Source of the DNA: Caldilineaceae bacterium | GTDB lineage: Bacteria; Chloroflexota; Anaerolineae; Caldilineales; Caldilineaceae | DNA: 64,000 nt | Direction: 5' to 3' | NCBI GenBank assembly: GCA_034437715.1 | Contig: DAOTTR010000524.1 | Span: forward strand, 8,987-72,986 | Shown here: one piece after another, positions 1 to 8,609 of the stretch | Layout of the letters: each line of letters starts with the position of its first letter | Numbering within the stretch: position 1 is the first letter of the stretch | Notes under the pieces: generated by a model | Told to the model about the DNA's origin: nothing | Databases searched by the model: none | Seen by the model: only the letters and a program-made list of their open reading frames with translations | Made by a program: the position numbers and the translations under genes

Positions 1-1167
1 GCGATGCTCATTATGAATGTGCGTAGCTACACCTACCCGGTTGCCCTTAAGTCGGCCCAACTCTTCAAGGAGATCAATCCCGACGGCATTGTGCTGACAG
101 GTGGCATGCACGCCACGGTTGCCCCCGATGAAATGGAAGAAGTGAAAGAATTTGATCGCATCTGCAAAGGCCCTGGCGAAAAAGTGATCGTCGATCTGGT
201 GCGCGATCCGAGTGCGTTTCCGCGTGTCTTTAGCGCCGAAGGGGCAAAGTCGATGGCCGAATGGCCAGCCATTGATCGGGCGTTGTGGCCCAAGCCAGCC
301 AGTTGGCAGACCCGGCGCAAATTTCCCTGGCCGCTTGAACCGGCTTGTGGCTGGGGCCCCGGCCCGGTGGCAACCATCTTGACCAGCCGCGTCTGTCCCT
401 GGCAGTGTGTCTTTTGCAATGAAAATTCCTACATTCCCAACATGGGTCGCCGTCCGGTGGATGATGTAATCGATGAATTGAATTTTCTGGATCGCAAATA
501 TGGCGTTGGCTCGGTGGTGATCCACGATTCGATGTTTTTCCAAAATCCCAAGTGGTTGAAAGAATGGATCGAAAAATATCCACGCAAAACCAAAAATTGG
601 ACCTACTGGGCCGCCGGCCGCGCCGACACAGTCAAGCAGTGGCCCGATCTCTTTGAGGCCTTGGTCAAAGAGACCAATTGGCGCACCATTTCGATTGGCT
701 TTGAATCGGGCAGTGATCGCATTCTGCGCCTGCTCAACAAGGAATGCACCGAAGAAGACAATTATTTCGCCATCGATCTCGTCAATCGGATTGGCGATGA
801 ACTGGAAGCCAAGGGCGAAAAGCCGCCGATCTTCTGGTCGAATATTATGTTGGGCATCCCCGGTGAGACCCACGAAGATGCCTTCAAGACCATGCGCATG
901 CTCAAACAGATGAAACGCGTCTTTCCGTCGATTGCTTTCTACGCCCCCTATCCCGGTTCGGCATTGGGCAATCAACTGATCGCCGAGGGCAAGAGCCGCA
1001 TGGGCAAGGATAACTATCATCGCTTCCCCGACGACGAAAAGGTGCGGGGGGTCGATTATCAATTCTACCGGGATCTGATGGCGGGCAAGTATGATGCAGA
1101 GATCAATCGGGGTCTCAGTGCCTTGCGTGGTGCCGATCTCTATCAAGGCACCCTGATCAAAGCCTAG
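1..1167 (+). CDS. B12-binding-domain radical SAM protein (5' partial, frame open to base 1)
   Basis: Track ORF 4..1167. It has a CxxxCxxC cluster motif (SRVCPWQCVFCNE) after a B12-binding-like segment (GIVLTGGMHATVAPDEM). Confidence 0.8.
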   Translation, partial: AMLIMNVRSYTYPVALKSAQLFKEINPDGIVLTGGMHATVAPDEMEEVKEFDRICKGPGEKVIVDLVRDPSAFPRVFSAEGAKSMAEWPAIDRALWPKPASWQTRRKFPWPLEPACGWGPGPVATILTSRVCPWQCVFCNENSYIPNMGRRPVDDVIDELNFLDRKYGVGSVVIHDSMFFQNPKWLKEWIEKYPRKTKNWTYWAAGRADTVKQWPDLFEALVKETNWRTISIGFESGSDRILRLLNKECTEEDNYFAIDLVNRIGDELEAKGEKPPIFWSNIMLGIPGETHEDAFKTMRMLKQMKRVFPSIAFYAPYPGSALGNQLIAEGKSRMGKDNYHRFPDDEKVRGVDYQFYRDLMAGKYDAEINRGLSALRGADLYQGTLIKA

Positions 1168-1200
1168 AGAAATAGCCCAGAGAAATAGTCCAGAGAAACT
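1166..1200 (+). repeat. 13-bp tandem repeat (AGAGAAATAGCCC / AGAGAAATAGTCC / AGAGAAACT)
   Basis: Read directly. It fills the gap between the radical SAM stop codon and the ATG at 1202. Confidence 0.7.
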
Positions 1201-1201
1201 T

Positions 1202-1408
1202 ATGAGCAGCTTTAGCAATCCCCACTATATGTATCTTTTTGCCCTGAAAAATGGCAAGAAAAAGTTGGCCTATGGCCAGTCACCCACAGACGCGCTGGAC
1301 ATTTTACGCATTCGCCTGAGCGATGTCGAAATGGAAGAGGTTTTTGCTGATCAGTTTATCAAGATATCCCAGCGTGAACTACAGCAATATGTCTCAGAGT
1401 TAGGCTAA
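1202..1408 (+). CDS. hypothetical small protein (68 aa)
   Basis: ATG ORF directly downstream of the radical SAM gene on the same strand. No recognisable motif and no clear SD. Confidence 0.4.
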   Translation: MSSFSNPHYMYLFALKNGKKKLAYGQSPTDALDILRIRLSDVEMEEVFADQFIKISQRELQQYVSELG

Positions 1409-1421
1409 ATGGGGTAGGCGT

Positions 1422-1736
1422 ATGGGACTTTCGGCGGCAGCCAAGCAGATCGTAGCGGCCCTGCAACAAGGGGCAACGCTCAAAGCCCACCGCACGCTGG
1501 ATGGGGAAAAGATCCATCAAATCCATCCTTTGCGGGGTACAGCCTTTGCAGTGCCAACCGCGGCGGTGCGCGATCTGGAAAAGCGGGGCTGGCTACGGAG
1601 TAACATGAAATTCCCGGCGGCGACCTACTTGCTAACCGAACAAGGCAGTCAAGCCGCCGTTCAACCGACAGCGCATTGGTTGCGTTGGTGCTTCCTACCA
1701 AGGTGGCACAATAGACTTTCCAAACCAGTACCGTGA
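1422..1736 (+). CDS. hypothetical protein (104 aa)
   Basis: ATG ORF 13 nt after the previous stop, with a GGGGTAGG purine run upstream. The C-terminal third (WLRWCFLPRWHNR) looks non-coding, so the true end is uncertain. Confidence 0.35.
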   Translation: MGLSAAAKQIVAALQQGATLKAHRTLDGEKIHQIHPLRGTAFAVPTAAVRDLEKRGWLRSNMKFPAATYLLTEQGSQAAVQPTAHWLRWCFLPRWHNRLSKPVP

Positions 1737-1846
1737 ATCCAGCCAGCAGCACACTCCCTGATTTTCTGTCCAGTGTTGCCTGAAAATATATTTATGAATA
1801 ATTTCATAATAATTGACACAATCAGCACTTCTGTGATATACTAATA

Positions 1847-1947
1847 CTAGTACAGTTGGGCGTAGATACCACGGCAGTTAATCAGGCACGTTACTCGTGT
1901 ACATCATGGTAAAAATAGGGTACCTTATTTACGCCGGGATCTACTAG
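1847..1947 (-). mobile_element. MITE-like element, family B, copy 1 (inverted relative to copies 2 and 3)
   Basis: 101 bp. It is nearly identical to the reverse complement of 36469..36569 and 38757..38858. CTAG is present at both ends. Confidence 0.8.
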
Positions 1948-2025
1948 TAGGTTTGGTGGTTACGTTTAGAAAAGATGATGTCCAAGCACTTGGCACCAAG
2001 GGTTTGGTAGACAGGGTAGGCAATC

Positions 2026-2733
2026 GTGCACGCAGTCCGCAAAAGCATCCTGGAAATTCTAAAAGAACGTGGGGGCGGGTCAACCGTTGCTGAACTAGCC
2101 GAGCAACTGGAAATGGCTCCGGTTTCTGTGCGCCATCATCTGGACATTTTGCAAGGCGATAATTTAATTTGTGTATCACGGCTGGAGCGCAAAGGCAATG
2201 TGGGTCGCCCACAACAAGTCTATACGCTTACACCCGAAGCCTGTGGCTATTTTCCCAACAACTTTGCGGGCTTGGCCGACAAATTATTGGTTCAGATCAA
2301 AGAAATCCTACCGCCGGACCAGGTGCCATTAGCCTTTCGCTCGATTGCGCGCCAAATTGCGGCTGAATTTAAGCGAACGGATGCAGCGGTGGTAGCCGTT
2401 CAAACCGAGCGAGAAGCGATTGAAACGCAACTCATCCAAGTCACTGATTTTTTGAATGAACGGGGCTATCTGGCAAGTTGGGAGCCGACACCCAACGGCG
2501 CAAGCGGTGAATATTTGTTGCATAAATACAACTGCCCATACGCTGGCGCTTCCGCTGAACACCGTGAACTCTGTTCGATGGATCAAACGTTGATTAATGA
2601 GTTATTTGAAGAGCCTTGTCAACGCGTAGAATCAATGGTCGAGGGTGCCCACTGCTGTACCTATCGCATTACAAGTGCGTCGCAACCGATCTGTATGTGT
2701 GGTGAATTGCCCTTGTTAACAGGGATTAGGTGA
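2026..2733 (+). CDS. SufR-like winged-helix regulator with a C-terminal Cys cluster
   Basis: GTG start. N-terminal ArsR/DeoR-type HTH (STVAELAEQLEMAPVSVRHHLDIL). C-terminal C-X12-C-X14-C-X11-CC pattern resembles the SufR Fe-S ligand pattern. Confidence 0.6.
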   Translation: MHAVRKSILEILKERGGGSTVAELAEQLEMAPVSVRHHLDILQGDNLICVSRLERKGNVGRPQQVYTLTPEACGYFPNNFAGLADKLLVQIKEILPPDQVPLAFRSIARQIAAEFKRTDAAVVAVQTEREAIETQLIQVTDFLNERGYLASWEPTPNGASGEYLLHKYNCPYAGASAEHRELCSMDQTLINELFEEPCQRVESMVEGAHCCTYRITSASQPICMCGELPLLTGIR

Positions 2734-2736
2734 TCA

Positions 2737-3810
2737 ATGAGTACGCCGATTCAATTTCAGCAAACGCCCTATGGCAAGGTTACGCTTGCCCCCGCGCCTG
2801 GCTTTAACCCAGCCAATTTTGCCATCCAGCCGATGCATGATAGTTATGGCCGACGCATCAACTATATGCGCATCAGTTTGACTGATGCCTGCAATCTGCG
2901 TTGTGTCTACTGTATGCCTGAAGATATGACCTTTCGTGCGCGCCAGGAATTGATGACAGACGAAGAGTTGTTGCAACTGGTGCGCGTGGGGGCTAGTCTT
3001 GGCGTCAACAAGATTCGCTTAACGGGCGGTGAACCGACCATTCGCCCGCATGTGGTTGACATTGTGCGCGGGATTGCCAACACGCCGGGTATCAAAGATC
3101 TGGCAATGACCACCAATGGCATCCTGCTCGATAAGCTGGCCCAACCGCTGGCGGACGCTGGCTTACAACGGGTGAATATCAGTATCGACACGCTAGATGC
3201 CGAAAAGTTTCACCGAATTACCCGTTGGGGCAACATTGATGAACTCTGGCGGGGAATTCGGGCAGCAGAAGCCGCTGGCTTAACGCCGATCAAGCTGAAC
3301 AGTGTGGTCGTGCGCAACTTTAATGACGGCGATGATATGGTGCAGCTGGCGCGACTTACGCTGGAAAATGACTGGGATGTGCGCTTTATTGAAATGATGC
3401 CGTTTGGCGAAATCACCGATTTCCAACAGACAAATGTAGTTACCTTCCAAGAAATGCGTGCACAGATTGAAAACACATTTGGCCCGCTCGAAGAAGCTGG
3501 CTATGATTATGTGGATCCCAGCCGGCCTTTCCGTATTCCTGGAGCAATGGGGACACTTGGTTTTATCAGCAGTGTCACCGAGCCTTTCTGTCAAGGCTGT
3601 GGTCGTGTGCGTCTAACTGCCGACGGGAAATTGCGCCTCTGTCTGTTGCGCGATGATGAAGTTGATTTGTTGACACCCCTACGCGCTGGCGCAAGCTTCG
3701 AGGAATTGCGCGTGATCATGCGCGATGGCGCGTTCCACAAGCCGTGGGGCCACGGTCTTGCCGACGGTGTCAGTAGTGGCAAGCGCGCCATGAATCAAAT
3801 TGGTGGCTAG
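2737..3810 (+). CDS. moaA: GTP 3',8-cyclase (molybdenum cofactor biosynthesis protein A)
   Basis: Radical SAM motif CNLRCVYCMP, TGGEPT, and a C-terminal CxxC...C auxiliary cluster (FCQGCGRVRLTADGKLRLC). Typical MoaA length of 357 aa. Confidence 0.9.
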   Translation: MSTPIQFQQTPYGKVTLAPAPGFNPANFAIQPMHDSYGRRINYMRISLTDACNLRCVYCMPEDMTFRARQELMTDEELLQLVRVGASLGVNKIRLTGGEPTIRPHVVDIVRGIANTPGIKDLAMTTNGILLDKLAQPLADAGLQRVNISIDTLDAEKFHRITRWGNIDELWRGIRAAEAAGLTPIKLNSVVVRNFNDGDDMVQLARLTLENDWDVRFIEMMPFGEITDFQQTNVVTFQEMRAQIENTFGPLEEAGYDYVDPSRPFRIPGAMGTLGFISSVTEPFCQGCGRVRLTADGKLRLCLLRDDEVDLLTPLRAGASFEELRVIMRDGAFHKPWGHGLADGVSSGKRAMNQIGG

Positions 3811-3916
3811 ATTAGCCTGAGCAATGCCCTAGATGATAGAAATTTGCCCACATTGAATCTAGTAATCCATTATCATTTATGCGCGATTGCGGTATACTTG
3901 TAGATGTAAGCGATTT

Positions 3917-3963
3917 ATGGATGGTATAATACAGATTGCAGAATAGTAAATCCATACATTCTG
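3917..3963 (+). promoter_or_regulatory. candidate promoter/operator upstream of the IscA-like gene
   Basis: Extended -10 TGGTATAAT (3922-3930). The ATCCAT/ATGGAT hexamer occurs three times (3865, 3917, 3950). Inverted repeat CAGAAT-N13-ATTCTG lies at 3939-3963. Confidence 0.35.
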
Positions 3964-4024
3964 TAATAACCAATATAAACTTTCACAAACTTTTCGTTTT
4001 ATCTTGTTAAGAGGAGTTCGCAGA

Positions 4025-4399
4025 ATGATTACGATTACAACAAATGCTGCTGAAAAACTAGGCGGGATCTTGGGTCAAAAGGGTCTCAAGAATACCCATG
4101 GTCTGCGCGTCTTTGTCAAAGGCGGCGGTTGTGGCGGTATGCAGTACGGCATGACATTTGAAGACACCACCCGCGAAGGCGATGAAGTGTACGAGCAGGA
4201 TGGCATGCGTGTCTTTGTTGATCCCACCAGCTTGTTCTATGTGGATGGTGCCAACATCGACTATGTGGACAACCTGATGGGTGGCGGTTTTCATATCGAC
4301 AACCCGAATGCCACCAGTTCCTGTGGTTGTGGCAGCAGCTTCCGCACGGCCCAATCGCACAATGGCGAGGAAACCGCAGCCAAGAGCTGTGGTCACTAA
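4025..4399 (+). CDS. iron-sulfur cluster insertion/carrier protein, IscA/ErpA/HesB family
   Basis: MITITTNAAEKL start with SD GAGGAG 8 nt upstream. Conserved Cys pattern (GGCGG ... SSCGCGSSF). The track start at 4004 is a likely over-extension. Confidence 0.85.
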   Translation: MITITTNAAEKLGGILGQKGLKNTHGLRVFVKGGGCGGMQYGMTFEDTTREGDEVYEQDGMRVFVDPTSLFYVDGANIDYVDNLMGGGFHIDNPNATSSCGCGSSFRTAQSHNGEETAAKSCGH

Positions 4400-4420
4400 G
4401 TAAGCGTGGTCTGTGACGAA

Positions 4421-4456
4421 AGCGAGTAGAGAATAGCTCTCTACTCGCTTTTTTTG
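4421..4456 (+). terminator. rho-independent terminator
   Basis: Perfect 11-bp stem AGCGAGTAGAG/CTCTACTCGCT followed by T7. Confidence 0.8.
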
Positions 4457-4529
4457 CAGAAGTCACGGCATCATTTATCTGTTTCTACGGTCTCCTCAAT
4501 TTCATGGCTTATTAGAATATAATTTTGTT

Positions 4530-4889
4530 ATGTCCAACCCTTTTGGTGCCCCAGAAATTACCGTAAAACAAGTGGATAGCAAGCGACAGGCCGGTGAATC
4601 GTTCATCTGGCTTGATGTACGCGAACCAGATGAAGTCGCGCGCGTCAGCATTCAGGATGAACGGGTGCGCCTCCTACCCCTGAGCGAATTGGCCGATCGC
4701 CAGCTCAAGGCGTTGCCAGATGAAGCACAAGATCAACAAGCCGAAATCGTGGTTTTCTGCCACCACGGGATGCGTAGCGCCCAAGTAACCGCGTGGCTAC
4801 GCCAACAAGGCTGGCAAAAGGTATCGAGTATGACCGGCGGGGTCGGCGCTTGGGCCAAGGAAGTGGATCCCACCATTGGCACCTATTGA
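4530..4889 (+). CDS. rhodanese-like domain protein (sulfurtransferase)
   Basis: Single rhodanese domain with active-site loop CHHGMRS. Confidence 0.8.
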   Translation: MSNPFGAPEITVKQVDSKRQAGESFIWLDVREPDEVARVSIQDERVRLLPLSELADRQLKALPDEAQDQQAEIVVFCHHGMRSAQVTAWLRQQGWQKVSSMTGGVGAWAKEVDPTIGTY

Positions 4890-5146
4890 GTAAGCGCTTG
4901 ATATAGCCCTTTGCTCGCAAACAAAATGTTCGACAAATTATGCTCATCAATAAAGGGAGGCGCTGTAATCCAGATCATCTGGCCGACAGCGCCTCAGTTG
5001 TTCTACCCACCGCGCCGCCTGCCGGTACAGACGCAAGACTTTGCGTCGCTTATTCCCTGCTGCCACACAAGCAACAAGATGGCAACAGGTTCAGAATTGC
5101 ACCGGGGTTTACTATGATTACCGCATAGAATACCGCAGAATCAATC

Positions 5147-6364
5147 GTGAGCATGAATCGCTTACCAGGCGAACCAAAGGATCAGATGATGACTAATTCA
5201 ACAAGTATGGCGGGCGGGCTGCAGCTAGCGTTGTCCGACGATCTGAAGATGTTGCAGGATCTCGCGCGCGATTTCACATGCAAAGAAATTACGCCCCAGG
5301 CCGAACACTATGATCGCAGCGGCGAGTGGCCTTGGGATATTTTCAACCGCGCCCAGAAGGCGGGATTGGTGAACCTGAACATTCCCGAGGAATATGGCGG
5401 GGTGGGTGCCAGTGTCTTGGAAGAATCGATTGTGTGCGAGGAGATGGGTTATGGTTGTACAGGCATTGAAACGGCGCTCATGCTCAATCAGTTGGCGGCG
5501 TTGCCCCTCTTAATTGCCGGTACAGAACAGCAAAAAGCGCATTACCTGACGCGCCTGACCAGTGAGGGCAAGGTTATGTCCTATGCGCTGACCGAGCCCG
5601 ACGCCGGCTCAGATGTGGCCGGCATTAAAACGACTGCTATCAAAAGGGGTGATCACTATCTCTTGAACGGCGGCAAGACCTGGATCACCGACGCGCCGGT
5701 CGCCAGCTTCTTTGTGGTCTTTGCCAAGACCAATCCCGAAGCAGGGCATCGTGGCATGAGTTGTTTTATTGTCGAACGTGACTATCCGGGTCTGACTGTC
5801 GGCAAGCCACTGGAAAAGATGGGACAACATGCCGCGCAAACGGCGCAGGTCTTCTTTGAAAATGTCGAAGTGCCCGAAGAAAATCGTCTGGGTGGCGAAG
5901 GTGACGGCTTTATGATTGCCATGCGCGTCTTTGACAAAAGCCGTCCACCAGTCGCCGCGGCGGCCAGCGGGTTGGCGCGCCGGGCGTTGGATGAAGCCGT
6001 CAAATATGCCGGTGAACGTACAACTTTTGGTCAGCCGATCTATCAGCATCAAGGCGTTGGCTTTCTTTTGGCAGACATGAAAATCCGTACCGAAGCCGCC
6101 CATGATCTGGCGTGGAAGGCCGCTTGGCTGGTGGACAATGGCAAACGCAACACGAGCGACGCGGCAATTGCCAAAGCGTTCTGTGCCGACGCTGCCATGC
6201 AAAACGCCACTGATGCCGTTCAAGTTTTTGGGGGCAATGGCTACAGTCGCGAGTATCCGGTGGAAAAGCTCATGCGCGACGCCAAGATCTATCAGATCTA
6301 TGAAGGTACCACCCAAATTCAGAAGCTGATCATCGTGCGTGAACTGTATCGCGACCGCGCCTAA
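5147..6364 (+). CDS. acyl-CoA dehydrogenase
   Basis: Full-length ACAD pattern (YALTEPDAGSD, GGKTWIT, QVFGGNGY, IYEGTTQIQ). The start is uncertain; an alternative ATG lies at 5207. Confidence 0.9.
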   Translation: MSMNRLPGEPKDQMMTNSTSMAGGLQLALSDDLKMLQDLARDFTCKEITPQAEHYDRSGEWPWDIFNRAQKAGLVNLNIPEEYGGVGASVLEESIVCEEMGYGCTGIETALMLNQLAALPLLIAGTEQQKAHYLTRLTSEGKVMSYALTEPDAGSDVAGIKTTAIKRGDHYLLNGGKTWITDAPVASFFVVFAKTNPEAGHRGMSCFIVERDYPGLTVGKPLEKMGQHAAQTAQVFFENVEVPEENRLGGEGDGFMIAMRVFDKSRPPVAAAASGLARRALDEAVKYAGERTTFGQPIYQHQGVGFLLADMKIRTEAAHDLAWKAAWLVDNGKRNTSDAAIAKAFCADAAMQNATDAVQVFGGNGYSREYPVEKLMRDAKIYQIYEGTTQIQKLIIVRELYRDRA

Positions 6365-6393
6365 CGTGTTGCGTGGTTGACGTTATGAATTGC

Positions 6394-7896
6394 CTATGGA
6401 GTGGCCACTGGTTTAACTGCCTTGATATAGATCAGCCGGCGGTCGAAGACTAATTTCCCACTGTGACGGCGCACGTTCAGCCCGGCGGCGTCGGTTTCCA
6501 GGCCAGCTTCCATCATCTCGCGCACGGTGGTGCGCGTGGCGGGGTTGGATTGCAAATCGGTGAGCCATTCTTCCAGGTCTTGTTCAAAGACAGCTACGGT
6601 CTCGGCTTCGATGGTCAGCTTGGCCGCGGTGACTAATTTGCGATATTGCTCGGCGCTGAGCGCGGCGGCATGGCTTGGGTTGCGCCGTGCTTCAATCGTA
6701 TTTTGCGTGGCCCGTTTGACCGAATCATCGGCACCCAGCAGATCGGCTAAAAGCAAAACGCCACCGGGCTTTAAGAGGCGCGCCAATTCCTGCATAATGT
6801 GCTCTGGCTTGTGACTATGATCGAGCACCAGCCGGCAGATAATTGCGTCAAAACTTTCACCACGAAAGGGCATACGTTGGGCCGAGGCGAGCCGAAAGCT
6901 GACGCGGCTGGCGGCGGGCGATGCACTGCTTAGGCGTAAATACTCGGCTACTTCTAACATGGCGGGGCTAATATCGACGCCAACGACTTCGTTGGCCCCT
7001 TCTTCGGCCAGGAGCAATGCCAGCCGCCCGATCCCCGTGCCCAGATCCATGATGCGTAAATTCTTGGGCAAATTGGCGAATTTGAGCAGATGGCGCACAC
7101 GTTGCTCACGCACTTGGTCAAGCAGATCAACATCGGCCGTCAGTACGCGATTATAGACATTGAGTACCTGTACCAGATCTTCATCTTTGGAATCTACGGC
7201 TGTTACATCGGGCGTCTGGTTGGCCGCAGTGGGTGCTACCAGCGTTGGCGCCAGGTTATGTTCAAGCCGATTGGTATAGACAATACACCACTCGCCGCCC
7301 TGCCAAGCTACCTCGGATATACTGGTATGATTGATGGAAAAAGCCACATTTTTGCCCTGACAAAAGTACAACAGGAGTGTGGAAACGGCATTACCATCCA
7401 GAACCACGGCGACGGTCTTGCCCCAGTGTTCATGGACAATCTTTTCCACATGGTCAATTAAGCCTTGCCGAAATACTGTGTACTTGTCTTGATCAGCAAA
7501 TTGTTCCTGATGGTGTAACGGCGAGAAGAGATAATGACGATCCGTCCCTGCGCTTAAACTGCCGGTGCCAACGCGGGCCTGATAGGGTAAATCGCGGTTG
7601 ACACTCACCGATTTGCCCAAAACTTGCCCTACGCGTTGGGCTGTAAGCCGACTGCGCAGTTGTGGTGCGCTCACCAATATATCAACTTTTTCATGGGTTG
7701 CCAGCCAGGAAGCCAGCAGATTGGTCTGTTCCCAACCTTGGGCAGTCAAGCCACTATCTTCTGTACTCAATTCGGAATAGCGACTTTGCAGCCCTTCCGC
7801 CTGGCAGATCAACAACAAGCGAATTTCTGGCGATTTCTGATTGGTAGAGCGAAGATGAGAGGGCGGGGAAATGGCCAATTGATTCGTTGAGCTCAC
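6394..7896 (-). CDS. fusion: degenerate histidine-phosphatase-like domain + class I SAM-dependent methyltransferase
   Basis: The N-terminal half has the phosphoglycerate-mutase-family layout, but RHG is replaced by CQA and the distal His motif by LDG. The C-terminal half has SAM motif I (IMDLGTGIGRLA) and LKPGGVLLLAD. Confidence 0.65.
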   Translation of the reverse strand: MSSTNQLAISPPSHLRSTNQKSPEIRLLLICQAEGLQSRYSELSTEDSGLTAQGWEQTNLLASWLATHEKVDILVSAPQLRSRLTAQRVGQVLGKSVSVNRDLPYQARVGTGSLSAGTDRHYLFSPLHHQEQFADQDKYTVFRQGLIDHVEKIVHEHWGKTVAVVLDGNAVSTLLLYFCQGKNVAFSINHTSISEVAWQGGEWCIVYTNRLEHNLAPTLVAPTAANQTPDVTAVDSKDEDLVQVLNVYNRVLTADVDLLDQVREQRVRHLLKFANLPKNLRIMDLGTGIGRLALLLAEEGANEVVGVDISPAMLEVAEYLRLSSASPAASRVSFRLASAQRMPFRGESFDAIICRLVLDHSHKPEHIMQELARLLKPGGVLLLADLLGADDSVKRATQNTIEARRNPSHAAALSAEQYRKLVTAAKLTIEAETVAVFEQDLEEWLTDLQSNPATRTTVREMMEAGLETDAAGLNVRRHSGKLVFDRRLIYIKAVKPVATP

Positions 7897-8609
7897 AGTT
7901 GCATTATCACTCTCATGGGTATTGACGACGCTTTGCCGCTGGCTAAGGGGCGTATGATCAGGGAGTGTGGAATTTTTGTCAGCTTTTTATATAGAAAATT
8001 TTGCACACGGCTGATACTACGCCCGACTTATGGTGATAATACCAAATTGCTTATCGGTTACCAAATTATTCTTTGCATAATTTTAATCTTTTTCTCAGAA
8101 ACCGCGGCGCACGGTGGCTTTGCTCAAGCCAATCGGATTAGTTTTCAGTTTTTGGGTGCATTGACAGCAATCCATTTTTTCAGTACAATCATTTTCAGCC
8201 GCTTCCACAGATCGATCACAAACCAATGACAATCGCATAGATTTTGCTAGCGCTACCGATGATCTCTCTGTAGATAGCTGCACAAGATCCCTGTATGGCC
8301 TGCACGCCAATGCTCCCTGTATGGCATGTCGGCCACGAAACCTATTTTTATCAGCAGTTCGTAACAACTGGCTCTGTCGTTTTGGTGAGAAATCGTTCGT
8401 CACGGTACAGCAATTCGTACACTGTAATCAAAACTATGATGGACTAGGCTGCGTTTTTATACCATCAAAATTTTAGTTGCAGTGTGCAAGGTTGCACAGG
8501 CAATTGCTCCAAACACCATCGTATCATCCATATCCTTGGGGAAGGAAACTTCCCCTACACTAGTGAAGAGCCTACGCTTACGATCTGCACTATTTGTGAA
8601 GGAGGACGC

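Noticed and set aside
1948-2025. Moco riboswitch upstream of the regulator-moaA pair
   Set aside because: No Moco-motif conserved blocks were recognised. The region is short and partly occupied by a MITE.
5609-6316. 235-aa minus-strand ORF. The same applies to 9846..10508, 29830..30582, 45673..46437, 53686..54390, 55150..55800, 27040..27678 and 60078..60692.
   Set aside because: All lie inside, and antisense to, genes with strong family signatures. None has an RBS or a recognisable domain.
7915-8403. Track ORFs 7915..8229 (+) and 8095..8403 (-)
   Set aside because: They overlap each other in an AT-rich gap. They have low-complexity or odd composition, no RBS and no motifs.
8484-8609. Upstream extensions of the EF-G2 ORF (from 8484), the ald ORF (from 22468), the giant-gene ORF (to 36168) and the GroEL-paralog ORF (to 15363)
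   Set aside because: In each case an internal ATG with a good SD, or an alignment-consistent N-terminus, marks the real start. The extensions carry no homology.
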